Positions 23,742 through 36,200 of a stretch of DNA of 64,000 nt are shown in pieces; the stretch's first letter is position 1; the number at the start of each line of letters is the position of its first letter. This DNA is from Azolla caroliniana (Eukaryota; Plantae; Polypodiophyta), in NCBI GenBank assembly GCA_043228905.1, contig JBHGNT010000017.1:5270001-5334000 (forward strand), read 5' to 3'. The translations under genes were made by a program, and so were the position numbers. A model generated the notes under the pieces. It saw only the letters and a list, made by a program, of their open reading frames with translations. It was not told the DNA's origin and did not search any database.

Positions 23742-26700
23742 TGTAGAAAGTAGCGTGCGGAAGCAAGTATGAAGACCGAACAGAAGGGAGGAAACTCAGG
23801 TTCAATGGAGAGCTTGGGCTTACACGGTATACGCAGGAGAGACAGAGAGAGAAAAAACAAAAAACTATATTCAACAATAATACTCAGTCTTTACATAAGA
23901 CGTGCTCAGTGAACACTTTTATACAAGTCCTAGAAGGACTGACCGAAGTATTGACAGTACTTCAATGCTCATCAAGAGCTCCTACACTAACTCCCAAATA
24001 TATTCCTCACGGAATATCTTTCCTAACAGCCTCCCGGTTTACGCACTCGGCCTAACCGATCGGTCCCAACCGATCCAGTCCTCGGCTTCTTCAGCCGATC
24101 CATCTGATGTTGAGCTTGTCTCTCAACACTCCCACTCAAGCTCAACTCGAGGTTCTTCAGGATCCTCGGGCTCACAGCTCCGGTTCCTCCTGGCTTCACG
24201 CCTCGCTCAAGCTCCTCGACCTGTTCGACTCCGCGCGCTTCGACCCTTCCGGTCGGCTTGTCTGCTTATGCGGCCCTTATCAACTCTTCTGTTGTTGCGG
24301 TGTTGACGCTTCTCCTGCTGCCTTTTCTTCCGCTTGGGCCTCGGTTGATTCAGCGTGTCTGAATCAAACATCCGAACCGACTCGGCTACCTCCGATCGGT
24401 TTTCGCTCTCGTCCAAGTTGGCTGTCTCCAACTTGTCTTCGGTCATCTCGCCCTCGATGGCGTCATCTTCCCCATGCATGGTTGGCTTCGGCTCTCTCCT
24501 TCGGTTGCTCCCCTTCTGTCCTCTTCCGAACTTTTCCGCGGGTCCGCCCTCGGCTTCTTCAGCCGATCCAATGTCGAACTCGACAACCGAGTCAACCGAC
24601 TCGGTGGTGTCGCGGTCTCCGCTCCTTTCCTGCTGCCTTGCTTGGTCATTCGGGACTGTTCTCCCCCTCAAGTTTGGCACGTCGAGGTGACGCAATCCGA
24701 GCGCACCTGAGAATTGCCGCAACTTGTCCAGACCAAGAGGGTTGGTGAAGATGTCGGCAGCCTGCCGATCCGTCGGAACGTACTGAAGTTCGACTTCACC
24801 GGAAAGGACACGCTCACGGACGAAATGGTAATGCACCTCAATGTGCTTGGTCCGTGCGTGGATAACGGGGTTTTTCGCGAGCTGGATGTTGCTGAGGTTG
24901 TCGCAGTAGATCGTCGTCAGATCTTACACCTCCTCTTGCAGGTCTTTAAGCAGCCGCTTCAACCATATGGCTTCGCATGTCGCGACAGCCGCTCCTCGGT
25001 ACTCAGCTTCGGTGCTCGACAGTGCAACTGTCGGTTGCTTCTTACTGCTCCACGCGATCGCGGCACTCCCGAGGGAGAACGCGTATCTCGACGTGGATCG
25101 GCGATCGGCGGCATTGCCAGCCCAATCAGCATCGGTGTAGCCGACTAACTGCGTGGCTGCACCAGTCCGATATAGCAGTCCGCGGTCCTTAGTGATGCTT
25201 ACGTATCGCAGTACGCATTGCGCACACTGAAGGTGCTCCTCGGTAGGTCGCGCCATGAACTGACTGATCACCCCGACCGGATAACTGAGGTCGGGTCGGG
25301 TGATGGTCAAGTATATGAGGCTTCCGACAATTTGTCGGAATCTCGTCGGGTCGCATACCTTTCCCGTATCGGAACGAAGCTTCACGGTTCTATCCAGAGG
25401 AGTCGAGACGGACTTACAGTCGGCCATCCCGAATTTGAAGAGCATACTCAGCACGTAATGACGTTGGCTGATCAATATGCCTTTAGGGGTACGGATCCCT
25501 TCGATCCCGAGGAAGTAATGAAGGTCCCCCAGATCCTTCATGTCGAACGATGCCGCAAGCTGAAGCTTCACGCGGTCGATTTCTCCTAGGTCAGCGCCGG
25601 TGATGTCCAAGTCATCAACATATAGCAAAATACTAACCGGTCCGAGTCGACCTTTCCGGATGAACAGGGAAGAGTCCAATTTTGACGTGACGAAGCCCAT
25701 CCGACGCAGTTGTTGCGTGATCTTCGCGTTCCAGGCACGCGGGGCTTGCTTCAGTCCGTAAAGGGACTTCTTCAGTCGGCATACTGCCGAGGAGTTCGTT
25801 CCGAAGTGAAATCTGGGGGGCTGTACCATGTACACCTGTTCCTCAAGGTCACCTTGCGGGAACGCATTCTTTACATCCATCTGATGTAAGTGCCACCCCT
25901 TCGCCGCAGCTACTGCGAGTAAAACACGGACAGTCGTCATTTTCGCGACCGGCGCAAACGTCTCATCGTAGTCGATGCCGTGTTTCTGCGCGTAGCCCTT
26001 TGCCACTAGCCGAGCCTTATACCGGTTGACCGAGCCATCGGTGTTGTACTTGACCTTGTACACCCACCTACACCCGATCGGCTTCACACCCTTCGGTGCG
26101 TCAACCAGGTCCCAGGTCTCGTTCTCCGCCAATGCATGCATCTCTTCCTCCATTGCGGCACGCCAATTCGCGTCTTTAGCCATTTCTGCGTAGCTCTCCC
26201 GCTCACGCACTTCCGCTACACAGGTCATGTACGTGTACTCGTTGTATCCAAACCGCACAACTCGGTTCTTCTGGCGGGTAGACCGGCGTAATCTCACATT
26301 AGCCGATATCGAGGCCTTCTCGGTCGACGCGGTCTTCAGCTTTAAAGACCCGTCACTGGTTCCCTCGGAGTCAGACTCACGTCGGTCTGACTCGTTCCTA
26401 TCCGTGCCGGAATCCGACACCTTCTTCTTCCCTTTCTCTTTGCGTGTAAGCCGTCTCCTTGGCTTCCTACGCGGGGAATGCATGGCCGAGTCTCCACTAC
26501 TCGCCGGCTCTTCATCGGACTGGTCGTACGAACTCAGTCGTCCAATCGGTCCACTTAACCGGAGTGAAATCGGACTCTCTTCGCGGGTCTCGATTTCGGG
26601 CTCATCCGGAGGCATCTCGGCCTCGCTGACCTCATCGTTAGAGCTCGGATTGGAGTCGAGGTTCGTAGTCGGGGGCAGGTACCAGGACGCGGACTCGTCA

Positions 26701-29405
26701 AACACAACGTCGCAGCTGACACGCGCTTGTTTGGTGCGAGGGTTATAGCACTTATAACCCTTCTGCTCGTCTGAGTAACCGACCAAAATGCATTTCTCAG
26801 CCTTTGTGTCCAGCTTCCTCCTTTTCTCCTTCGGTATATGCACATACGCAATGCTACCGAACACCCTCAAGTGTCGCAAGTTCGGCTTCATTCCGAAATA
26901 TAGCTCGTGCGCCGACACTTTGTCTCCGATCCGGTTCTGGATGTATACCGCGGTCCTTACCGCCTCGGCCCAATAGAACTTGGGCAAGCTCTTCTCCTCC
27001 AGCATTGCCCGTGCCGCTTCCACAACTGACCGATTCTTCCTCTCAGCCACGCCGTTCTGCTCTGGCGTGTATCTACAACTGAATTCGCGCCGAATTCGCA
27101 TTTGTTGTAGATAACCGTTGAATTGACCGGAAAAGTACTCTTTCCCGCCATCCGACCGCAGGCACTTGATCTTCCGTCCCGTTTCCATTTCCACGAACCC
27201 TTTGAGGTCACGGAAACAGTCGAAGACTTCGCTCTTCCTCTCAATGAGGTAGATCCACGTGTGTCGCGTGTGGTCGTCGATGAAGGAGACGAAATATCGG
27301 CTCCAGCCAAGACTAACGTTTTGTGTTGGCCCCCATACATCGGAGTGTATAAGGTCGAGCTTGTTCCGGCTCCGGTTTCGCTTGTTCGGGAAAGGAAGTC
27401 GGTGTTGCTTCTCGAGCTGGCAGGCTTCACAAATTTGTGCCTTTCGGCCACTAAATTTGGGCAATCCGAACAATACCTGTTTCGATTGCAGATCTTGAAT
27501 CCGCTGGTGGTTGACGTGGCCTATCCGCTTGTGCCACAAGTCGATGTCCGACTCGGCTTTTTGTTCCTTCGCGAACATTGCGGTGCCGCCGTCAGTGGAG
27601 TCGAGGATGAACATCCTCCCGTCTCTGCGCCCTTGCGCAATCACACGTCCTTCTTCCTCAATGAAGCACCCGAGGTGTGTAAACCAAACCTCCATCCCTT
27701 GGTCGACGATCTGTCCGACCGAGACCAAGTTCTTCGTGATTGTCGGGACGTGCAGCACGTTCATGAGTTTCCCTTTCTGCCCGACATGGCTCAGGGGAAC
27801 TTCTCCTACATTCGCGATTGGATGCGGAGTGTCGTCTCCTGTTGCGACTACTCCAGGTTGTATCGGTTTTTCAAGGTACGAGAACCACTCCTTATGGCTC
27901 ATCATGTGGTTTGACGCACCGGAGTCTACGTACCACACCTCGTCTGATCTCGGGGTGCTTTGTTTCATTGAGTTTGCTTCGTGTCTCGTCACGAAGACAG
28001 ACCCTTCTCCGGCTCTCCTGGAGTCTTCGGCATAGTGCGATCGCTGCCGATTTCCCTTGTGGGTATGTCCGGAGCCGTTTCCGGAACCGGTTCTCTCCAA
28101 ATCGGTGCGCTTCTTCCAGCACTCGCTTTCCCTGTGGCCTTTCTTGCCACAGTACCAGCACTCCGCGATGGCCTTCCCTTGCCGGTTCTCATCGCTTCGA
28201 CTCCCCCTGTTTCCGGAGGGTCCGGAGTTGCTGTCGGCATCACTTCGGTGCCTTCTTCCTTGATCTCGTCGGCCGCCTTCATTGCGCCCCGACTCGCCTC
28301 GTCCTCCACGTCCACGGGGCCTATTTCCCTCCGTATACAGCATTCTGTTGTCGGTGTGCGTGCTCATCGACACACCCGCGTGGTTCTCCTCTACTAGGAG
28401 CATCGACTGTAAGTCAAAAAAGGACGGCGTATTCTCCCGGGTACACACAGCCGTTCGGAACGCTCCGAACTTCGACGCCAAACCTCCGAGACAGATCTGG
28501 ACCATCTCGCTCTCCTCGATGTTCACCTCTATGGAGGCGAGGGAGTCACAGATATCCTTGATCTTTGAGGTATAGTCCGCCACCGACAAGTCGCGTTGTC
28601 GTAGGTTGCTCAACTCTTGTCGGAGCTGAAGCTTCCTGGCTGTGGTGCTCGCGGCGAAAATCTTCTTCAGATTTTCCCACGCACCCTTCGGCGTCTTTGC
28701 ATCCCGAACATAGCTCAATAGTTGTTCGCCCACACACGACACGAAGCAGTATAATACCCTGCTCGCCGATTGCTCCCACGACGGGAAGTCTCTGTGTGTC
28801 GATTCGGGTGCCGCGTCATTAGCTCCTTCGACGTAACTCCAGTAGCCGTGTCCGGGCAGGTACTAGTGCATCTTGTAGGACCAAGACGCGTAGTTGGTTC
28901 TGTCGAGCTTCTCTGTTGGAAGCGAGCTCGCCATGCCTCTATCCATCGTTCTTCTTGTTCCTCTTCGTCAAGCTGTGTCAGCTGCAGAGAGGTTCTCAAC
29001 CCTCGCGCTCTGATACCATGTAGAAAGTAGCGTGCGGAAGCAAGTATGAAGACCGAACAGAAGGGAGGAAAGTCAAGTTCAATGGAGAGCTTGGGCTTAC
29101 ATGGTATACGCAGGAGAGACAGAGAGAGAAAAAACAAAAAACTATATTCAACAATAATACTCAGTTTGTACATAAGACGTGCTCAATGAACACTTTTATA
29201 CAAGTCCTAGAAGGACTGACCGAAGTACTGACAGTACTTCAATGCTCATCAAGAGCTCCTACACTAACTCCCAAATATATTCCTCACAGAATATCTTTCC
29301 TAACAGCCTCCCGGTTTACGCACTCGGCCTAACCAATCAGCCCCAACCGATCTGGTCCTCGGCTTCTTCAGCCGATCCAGCCGATGTTGAGCTTGTCTCT
29401 CAACA
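23742..29405 (-). mobile_element. Full-length Ty1/Copia element F inserted in integrase region of D
   Basis: TSD TATCT; 387-bp LTRs 23742-24128 and 29019-29405 (about 96% identical); PBS TGGTATCAGAGC 29007-29018; PPT 24129-24140. Confidence 0.96.
24207..28934 (-). pseudogene. gag-pol: Nearly intact Copia Gag-Pol of F (stop near 28865, frameshift near 24925) with C-terminal extension
   Basis: 1272-aa ORF 24924..28742: CWYCGKKGHRESEC, YVDSGAS, IHSDVWGP, YVDD, YTDADWAG; RNase H end (ADIFT) in ORF 24207..24836. Confidence 0.93.
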
Positions 29406-30128
29406 TATCTTTTGGAAAAGAAGCACGATGCATTTTCCAAGAATGCAACCTTCACATGCATGTTTTTCAATTGGCACATACAATACATTCTTTAAGATGA
29501 CAATACCTCCATTTACAAACGTAAGCTCAATTTCTCCTACTCCAATGGTAGGATAAGAGGCATTGTTTGCACACATCACATGTCCTCCTTTGGGTGCATC
29601 TTTTAAGTATGCAAAAAAAACTTTTGCATGAGGTAATGTGCTTTGAAGCACCACTATCAAAGAACCAATCCGAATCAATCTCACGTATAACCATACACTT
29701 AGAGTGCAATTGTTACCGATTAGGAACACAGTCTACAATCAGTCCTTCGTCCTAGACCTCCAAGTGGTTGTGGAACAACGAATAGGCGTCTATGCGTAAT
29801 GCGTAGGGGAATGTTCCCTTTAACCTATCAGCGTATAAGGGAGACAGCTACAACCGACTCCTTAGCAATGGTTACACTTACATTCTTACACGCTCAGGTA
29901 TTCCAGACACACAATAGATAAGTCGTAGCTATACACAGACTTTCAGAGAAGATAGAATTCTATTACGACATGCTTCTTTACAATTCCAAAATTACACGCC
30001 CCTTTATATACGCAGGGTCTATTTAGCCGTTCACGCTTCCTGCATGAACCGTTACATGCGTTATGATCTTATATTATTTCTTATTCCTACGCTCTTGTCC
30101 GTCGATTACTATTCCGGCGGACAACACC

Positions 30129-30145
30129 TGGCACGCCTGTGGGAC
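30129..30145 (+). other. Inverted PBS / tRNA-Arg-like 3'-end copy at the PPT position of G
   Basis: TGGCACGCCTGTGGGAC 2 nt from the 3' LTR; element sense strand reads GTCCCACAGGCGTGCCA; same motif at 47983-47998. Confidence 0.8.
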
Positions 30146-30173
30146 AGTGCCCTGGCACGTCGGACCCATCCCG

Positions 30174-33172
30174 TTAATCTTCTTCCAAAATGGCCCGGAT
30201 ATTTGGCTCTGCTACAGTGTCCGCATCCGGAGGCGACACATGGCCTGTAGGTGCATTGTGGTGTGGCTCCCCTGTTTGGTCGGAATGGTTTCCCTCGGTG
30301 CCGCAGTCGTCGTGTGTGGGCGGTCCATGTTCGGTGGGCTCTTCTTGAGCTAGCGGGTTGGGCTCCGCCGTCGTCATGCTTGCGGCCGGTCGCGGCTCTG
30401 TCTCAATCGTTACTTCCTCCGTGGTGTTGGTCGTCTTTGTACGTTCCGGGGAGTGGGGCTGCGATTCCGCCTGGTCCGCACCGTTCTCCGTGTGGTCCGA
30501 CGATCGCATGGGCTCCTACAGATGGAGCTCCTCTTGGGCAGCGGTTTTGTTGTTTGGTACTGTGGGGGACTCCGCTCGTCGGTCCGCGTTGTTCACCGTC
30601 GTTGTAATTTCTGGTGATCTGGCCTGAGGTTCCTATTCTTCGGTCGTGCCCAGAATTGGCATCGCATTGGATTCCTCATTTGTTCGCGTGTTGCCGGCTT
30701 GTGTGATCTGGTGAAATAGCTCCTCCTGGCTTTCACCAAAATCATCTAAGAGTTGCACGAGTTCTTTGGAATGTTGGTCCGCTAGCGCACAATAGTCTTG
30801 CGCTAGGTCCTTGCGTACGGCCGCAATGCTCTCCTCATTTAGTTTATAGAAACCTCGATCGTCTTTTTGCCAGTTCTCCCAGTCCGCACGATACGCATGC
30901 AATTCCGCTGCTTGGGTTGCCCACGCCATCCATCCTTTGTCTAGCGCCGTTTTCAATTGCGCTGTGAACCTCTCCCGATTTGTTTGGAGAAGGATACGCA
31001 CGTTGTCTGTGATGGCCTGACAACGGTTGCGTGCGTCTTCCATCGACTTCTGGAGGTTTGCAATTTCTTGCTGCCTAACCGCCGCCGCTTCTTCGTATGT
31101 GGACTTCAGGCCCGCCCATAGTTAGGACTCCTTTGCGTGTTGTTCTTCTAATTTCCCCATTTCATTGTTTAGGCAGATTTCGAGCCGATGCCTTCTTTCC
31201 TGTTCGACCACCAGTTGCTCGTCGAACCACACCTTCTTTTTCTCTAATAAGGCCCGAAGTCCCACAATTGCCGCCTCCAATTTCTTCGCCTCATCCCGTA
31301 ATTGGGTGTTTTCGTCTTTTGTCCGGATGTGCTGAGCTACAGGTCCGTAGCGAGTTTCTCTTCAAGGGTTTTTACTGCCTTCCTGCCGTTAGCCCGGATC
31401 TCCTTTTCTCTGTCTGAGGATTGGCACGGTTCAGCTCGAAGGCGGTCAATTTCTGATTCTACTAGTTGCACGACCCTTTTCGCTTTTCAGGCGATGGCGT
31501 TCTGAGCCTCAATTTCTTCCTTCAAAGCGTCGATGGCGTGGTTTGGTGGCGGAGTTGCGTGTTGCGCCGTAGTCGCGTTAGCTTCCAACTCTGCGATGCA
31601 TTCGTTGGCTTTTTGCAGCTCGGCTTGGGTCATTTTCACCTTCTTCCAAACATTCTTATTTTTAATGGCCATCTCCTTGGCGCCCGTGCTAACCTTTGCC
31701 AGTTCCCTATGGACTTCGACTAGGGTCGTGTTTAGTGGGGGTAGCTCCATCCCCACTCGGCGTACCTCGGCGTTCCTCTGTCTGCCGACCCTGGCTAGTC
31801 GGTCCTCATCGTCGCTCTCCGCCGTTTGTGTTAGGTCGCACTCGATCATCTGGCGCTCCGCGTGCTCCTCGGCCATTTGTTGGGAGGCTTCTGTCTCTTG
31901 TGTTGCCAGGAATTCCATGAGCTCAAAAGAGGTTCCGAACTGTAAGAGGGCGTTGAACTCATGGGCCGTATCCGGGATATCTGGATATGCCAAAACCTCG
32001 CTTTCCGCCGTCAATACGGATTTCCCTCGTTGGGACTAGCTCATAATGATCGGTCGTGGCTCCCAGATGATTTCGAAGGTGGTATTGGGCTCCGTAGCTG
32101 CGGAGCCATCGCCTTCGGTCGTTGTCTCTGCCACCGTGAGGACATATTTGACCAATCCCCGCCCATCTTTCCTGTCCAATCTACGTCGTTTCGGTCTGGG
32201 GCTATCCTGTCGTGTTTCTGTGTCTGGCTCTGGGGCTGCTTCCACGGAACGTGCCGGCCGTTCCTCCTGCGTTGTCCGTGTGTCTGGCTGGGCCGGGGGT
32301 GTTGTCCGCGTGTCTGGTTGGGCAGGTTGGGGTTCCTCTTCCCACTCTGGGGCTACCAACTCCGCTAACCTACGCTTCGCGGATCGGGGCAGGGGCGTGG
32401 GTCGGCTGGGCTGCGGTGCCGGCAGGCCTCGGGGTGGGAATAGTACCGTAAGGTACTGTTGTATGATCGGCCTGAGCTTTTTTCCTACGTGGTACGCATG
32501 CAGGCCTTCCCTTAAGGTTGGCCATGTGATGACCCCCCAATCGACCGCACGCCCTTCAAAGGTATCGATAATGATGCCCGCCTTCTGTTTGGGCATCCCA
32601 TATGCGTTGACATGTACGCAGCCGACCTCTAACAGGAACTTGGCAACTTCACGGAAGAAGGGATCCGGGATCTGCTTCATTCTATAGGCCTTGGCGGAGG
32701 AGGAATAGGGCCCAAAATATCGTTGTAGCGCCTCTGCAGGAGGGATTTCGAAATGCCTTTCGCCTAGAGATGACAGGTCCAACTTTTTCCGGATGGAAGA
32801 GTTGGTAACCGTGTCAATGTTAAGCTTCCTGGCGATGTCCATGGCATCCGGGTGTGGGGGTGCCTCTGCGACCAGGATGTACCCATCCAGGCGTTTCTCC
32901 ACGAGCCATCGGCGTAAGGCAGTAGAGATGAAGATCGGCATCGCCAAAGTAGGTTCGTTGGAAGGAGATTGGTGGTTGCGGTGGGCTGGAGCTCTGTGAT
33001 AGAATGGAGGAGAAGGTGAGGGGGAGGAGCTATGGGAGCGCTGGTAGTTAGAGAGTGGGTTTCTATTTTGTGCAGAAGATCTTCTATTTCCTTCTTTTTG
33101 TGGCTTAGGGTTCATTGGGCGGTGAGCCATCGTGGTGCCGCGTGTTCTTGAACTAGGACTCTGTGCATGCAT
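30174..33172 (-). pseudogene. Decayed extra ORF between integrase and 3' LTR of G (globular N-terminal domain plus coiled coil), function unknown
   Basis: Same-strand fragments 32036..33172, 31487..32014, 30633..31043 and 30174..30509; homolog at about 54150-54560. Confidence 0.75.
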
Positions 33173-33264
33173 TTAGTTCTTTTAATAGTGTCGCTATCTT
33201 CTCTCTCTTTTTTTTCTTTTTCTTTTTGTTTTTTCGTAACAGTTATATACAGCCTATTTTTACA

Positions 33265-36200
33265 TTATGGTACAAGTGGGACCGCCCATTTACGCCACCG
33301 GTTCTCCGGCTCTGTCCTGTTTGGCGGTGAATGGATTAGGTGGCGTAGAGCCCAGGTAAGTTTAAGGCGAAACCCATTCACCTTTTGCCATACTACTTCC
33401 CCGACCAACATACCTAGTTGGAACGTGCCTTGTTCCGCTCCAATTATCCAGTATGGGCCGGTCCAGCGGAATCGTAACTTCCCTAGCATATGGCCCATGC
33501 GGGTTTGGAAAACCAGCACCGCTCGACTGACGGCGAACTCCTTTTCCCTTGCGTTCCGATGTCGATCCACAAACGCTTTACGCCGCCGTTGTTCCTGCAC
33601 CAACACAGCCATGCTGTGTACGCGTTGTTCCTCGAGTTCGAGTAGCTGGTGGAGTCGTACCTCCTCCGACTTGGCTTCCAAAAGTCGGTCTCGTACCTGA
33701 ATCCGCAAACTGGGTACCTGAAATTCGACCGGCATCACAGCATCCAGCCCAAACACTACTCGAAACGGTGTTGACTGTATGCTTGTTTTGTAGCTGGTTC
33801 TGTACGCCCATAACACACTCTGTAATTTGGTATCCCAATTCGTTCTATTTTCATTGACGATTTTCTTCAAGATGGTCTGCAACGTCTTGTTGGTGGATTC
33901 CGCTAACCCATTCGCCTGTGGATAATATGGCGTACTCTTCTTATGGACTACGGCGTAATGATGTGTTAGTTCCCGAACCACCGTATTGAGAAAGTGACTC
34001 CCCTGATCACTGATGAGCTCAATCAGACAACAGAACCGGCACCAAATGTGCTCGTAAAGGAATCTGGCGGTGACGGTCGCCATATTTTCTCATAATGCCT
34101 TTGCTTCTACCAACTTGGTGCAATAATCTGTAGCTACCAATATGTATTTATTGCCCGTACGGGCTGCCGCCGGTGTGAAGGGACCCACAAAATCCAATCC
34201 CCACTTTTGGAAGGGGTCTAGCGGTAATACGGGCTGGTGTGGCATCCTTGCGCCCTCCGTGGGTTGGCCCATCCGTTGACACAAATCACACTTTCTACAA
34301 TATTTGGATGCGTCCTTCTGCGTTGTTGGCCACCATAAGCCCGCCTGCCATATTTTCCGGGCTATAACGTCGAGCGCATATTGGCCGCCTGTTGTGCCGC
34401 AGTGTGCCTCCCGTAAAACTGCTTCTTTCTCATCCTGACGTACCCCACGTCGCCAAATGCCGTCACTTCCTTTGTGATATAAAACTCCTTCCACGAGTCA
34501 GAAGTGACAGCTTCGGACGGCTAGTCGTTTCTTCTCGTCTGTGCATAATTGCGGTGGAGGCAGTCCCGTAGTCAAAAAGTATGTCATTTCCATAAGCCAC
34601 CGGTCTGGAAAGGTCGATTATGTTCTTTCTGCTAGTGCTGCTACCCGTAGGATGTCGGCGTCCGGAAAATCGTCGTCATCGTTCTGTACTGTTTCTCCAT
34701 TCTCGAGTCTGCTCAAAAAATTTGCCACTATGTTTTGCGTCCCTGGTCGGTGTTGGATTATGAAATCGAATTCTTGAAGCAGCAGCATCCATCGCGCCAA
34801 TTTCCCCGTTAGGGCTTGTTTCTCCACCAAATACAGCAACACCAAATGATCCACGTAGAACGTTAACTTCCTCCCTAGTAAATAGTGCCAGAATTTATTG
34901 ATGTTATAGATCATCCCTAGCACCTCCAACTCCGTTGTGGAATAATTACGCTCTGTTGTTGATAATTTGCGACTAGCGTAGTACACTGGCCGGTACCAGT
35001 TTGGTTTAGTGAGCTGCATTAGCGCACTCCCTATTGCTATGTCTGAGGCGTTGACGAATACGTGGAATGGCTTCGCCCAAACTGGTGGTTGTACGACGGG
35101 AGCCTGTGTGAGCATTATCTTAAGTGCCTCATAGGCCTTGTCGGTGACTCGTCGTGAAATCTCATAGGGTGGAAGTGGTGACTCGTCGTGAAATCTCCAT
35201 TTCCCTTTTGAATGTCGCACGTGCTCTGCTAAGTTCCAATATGGACTCTGGGTTTGGTTCGTAAGCGTCGTCGTGGAGAATAGTGGCCGTGGCATGTCTT
35301 GTCGCGGTTGCGATGACGTCGATTTCGAACAACGGAATGATTCGTGGGTGCTCATCTAGGTATGCCTCTAATTCCGCATCCTCCACCCCAGCCAGCATAT
35401 TTATATCTTCTGCGTATAATGGTGTTATACCCTTGGGTTGTGGCGTACTTCCTTCCGTAGGTACGCGAACCTTGGTGCATCCGTGTCGGAAACTGATACA
35501 TTTGTGTTGCCAACTCTGCTTGATATTTGCTGCCTAAAGCCATGGTCTGCCCAGGAGCACTAGGTACGCCCCTGGGGCGTCCAAGGCGAGGACGACTGCC
35601 GAGATGTCGAAGCGATGTCCGCCCACGATAATGCCTATTTTGTGAATTAACCCCAATGGTCGTACTGAGCGGGTATCTGCCATTCGGAGCCAGAATGGGC
35701 AAGCCATTCTGAAATGCCTAATTGCTCGCAAGTTTTCACGCTAATTACATTGACGCATGAGCCGCCATCGATTACGCATCCAGGAATTTCCTGTCCGTGT
35801 AATATTAATGTAATGGCCGGGTTGTGTTGATCCACTACCAGCGGTCCATCGCTAACATCTGTAAGGTTTGTAGCGACGCTCACCCTGGGTATGCCTGTCA
35901 CCTGTTCTTCCATGGTCTGGCGAAAGCGTGGGACTAGCTGCAGCAGTTTCTCCATGGTTAACGTTATCTCGCAGCCCGCTAATGCCTAACAAATGGGGTC
36001 CGAGATCGGTCCTTCGTCCTCTGCTCACTCCCTCACGTTCGCTGACTCCTTCCGCATGCGCTCTGTATTGGTCGCGTTTGCTTTTTCCACCCATGCCTGG
36101 GCTTGTCGTCGTATCTCGTCTTGCGCAGCCCAATCAGCCGTTTTTGTTTGTTGGCCTGTCATGACTTGCTGCACTTCCGCCGTAATCGTAATGACGGCGG

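Noticed and set aside
30176-30190. Displaced PPT (GGAAGAAGA on the sense strand; similar at about 48030)
   Set aside because: It is about 50 nt from the LTR and explained by the last codons of the extra ORF; priming there would put the intervening bases into both LTRs, which is not seen
30174-33172. env-like gene
   Set aside because: The position fits, but I see no signal peptide or transmembrane segment
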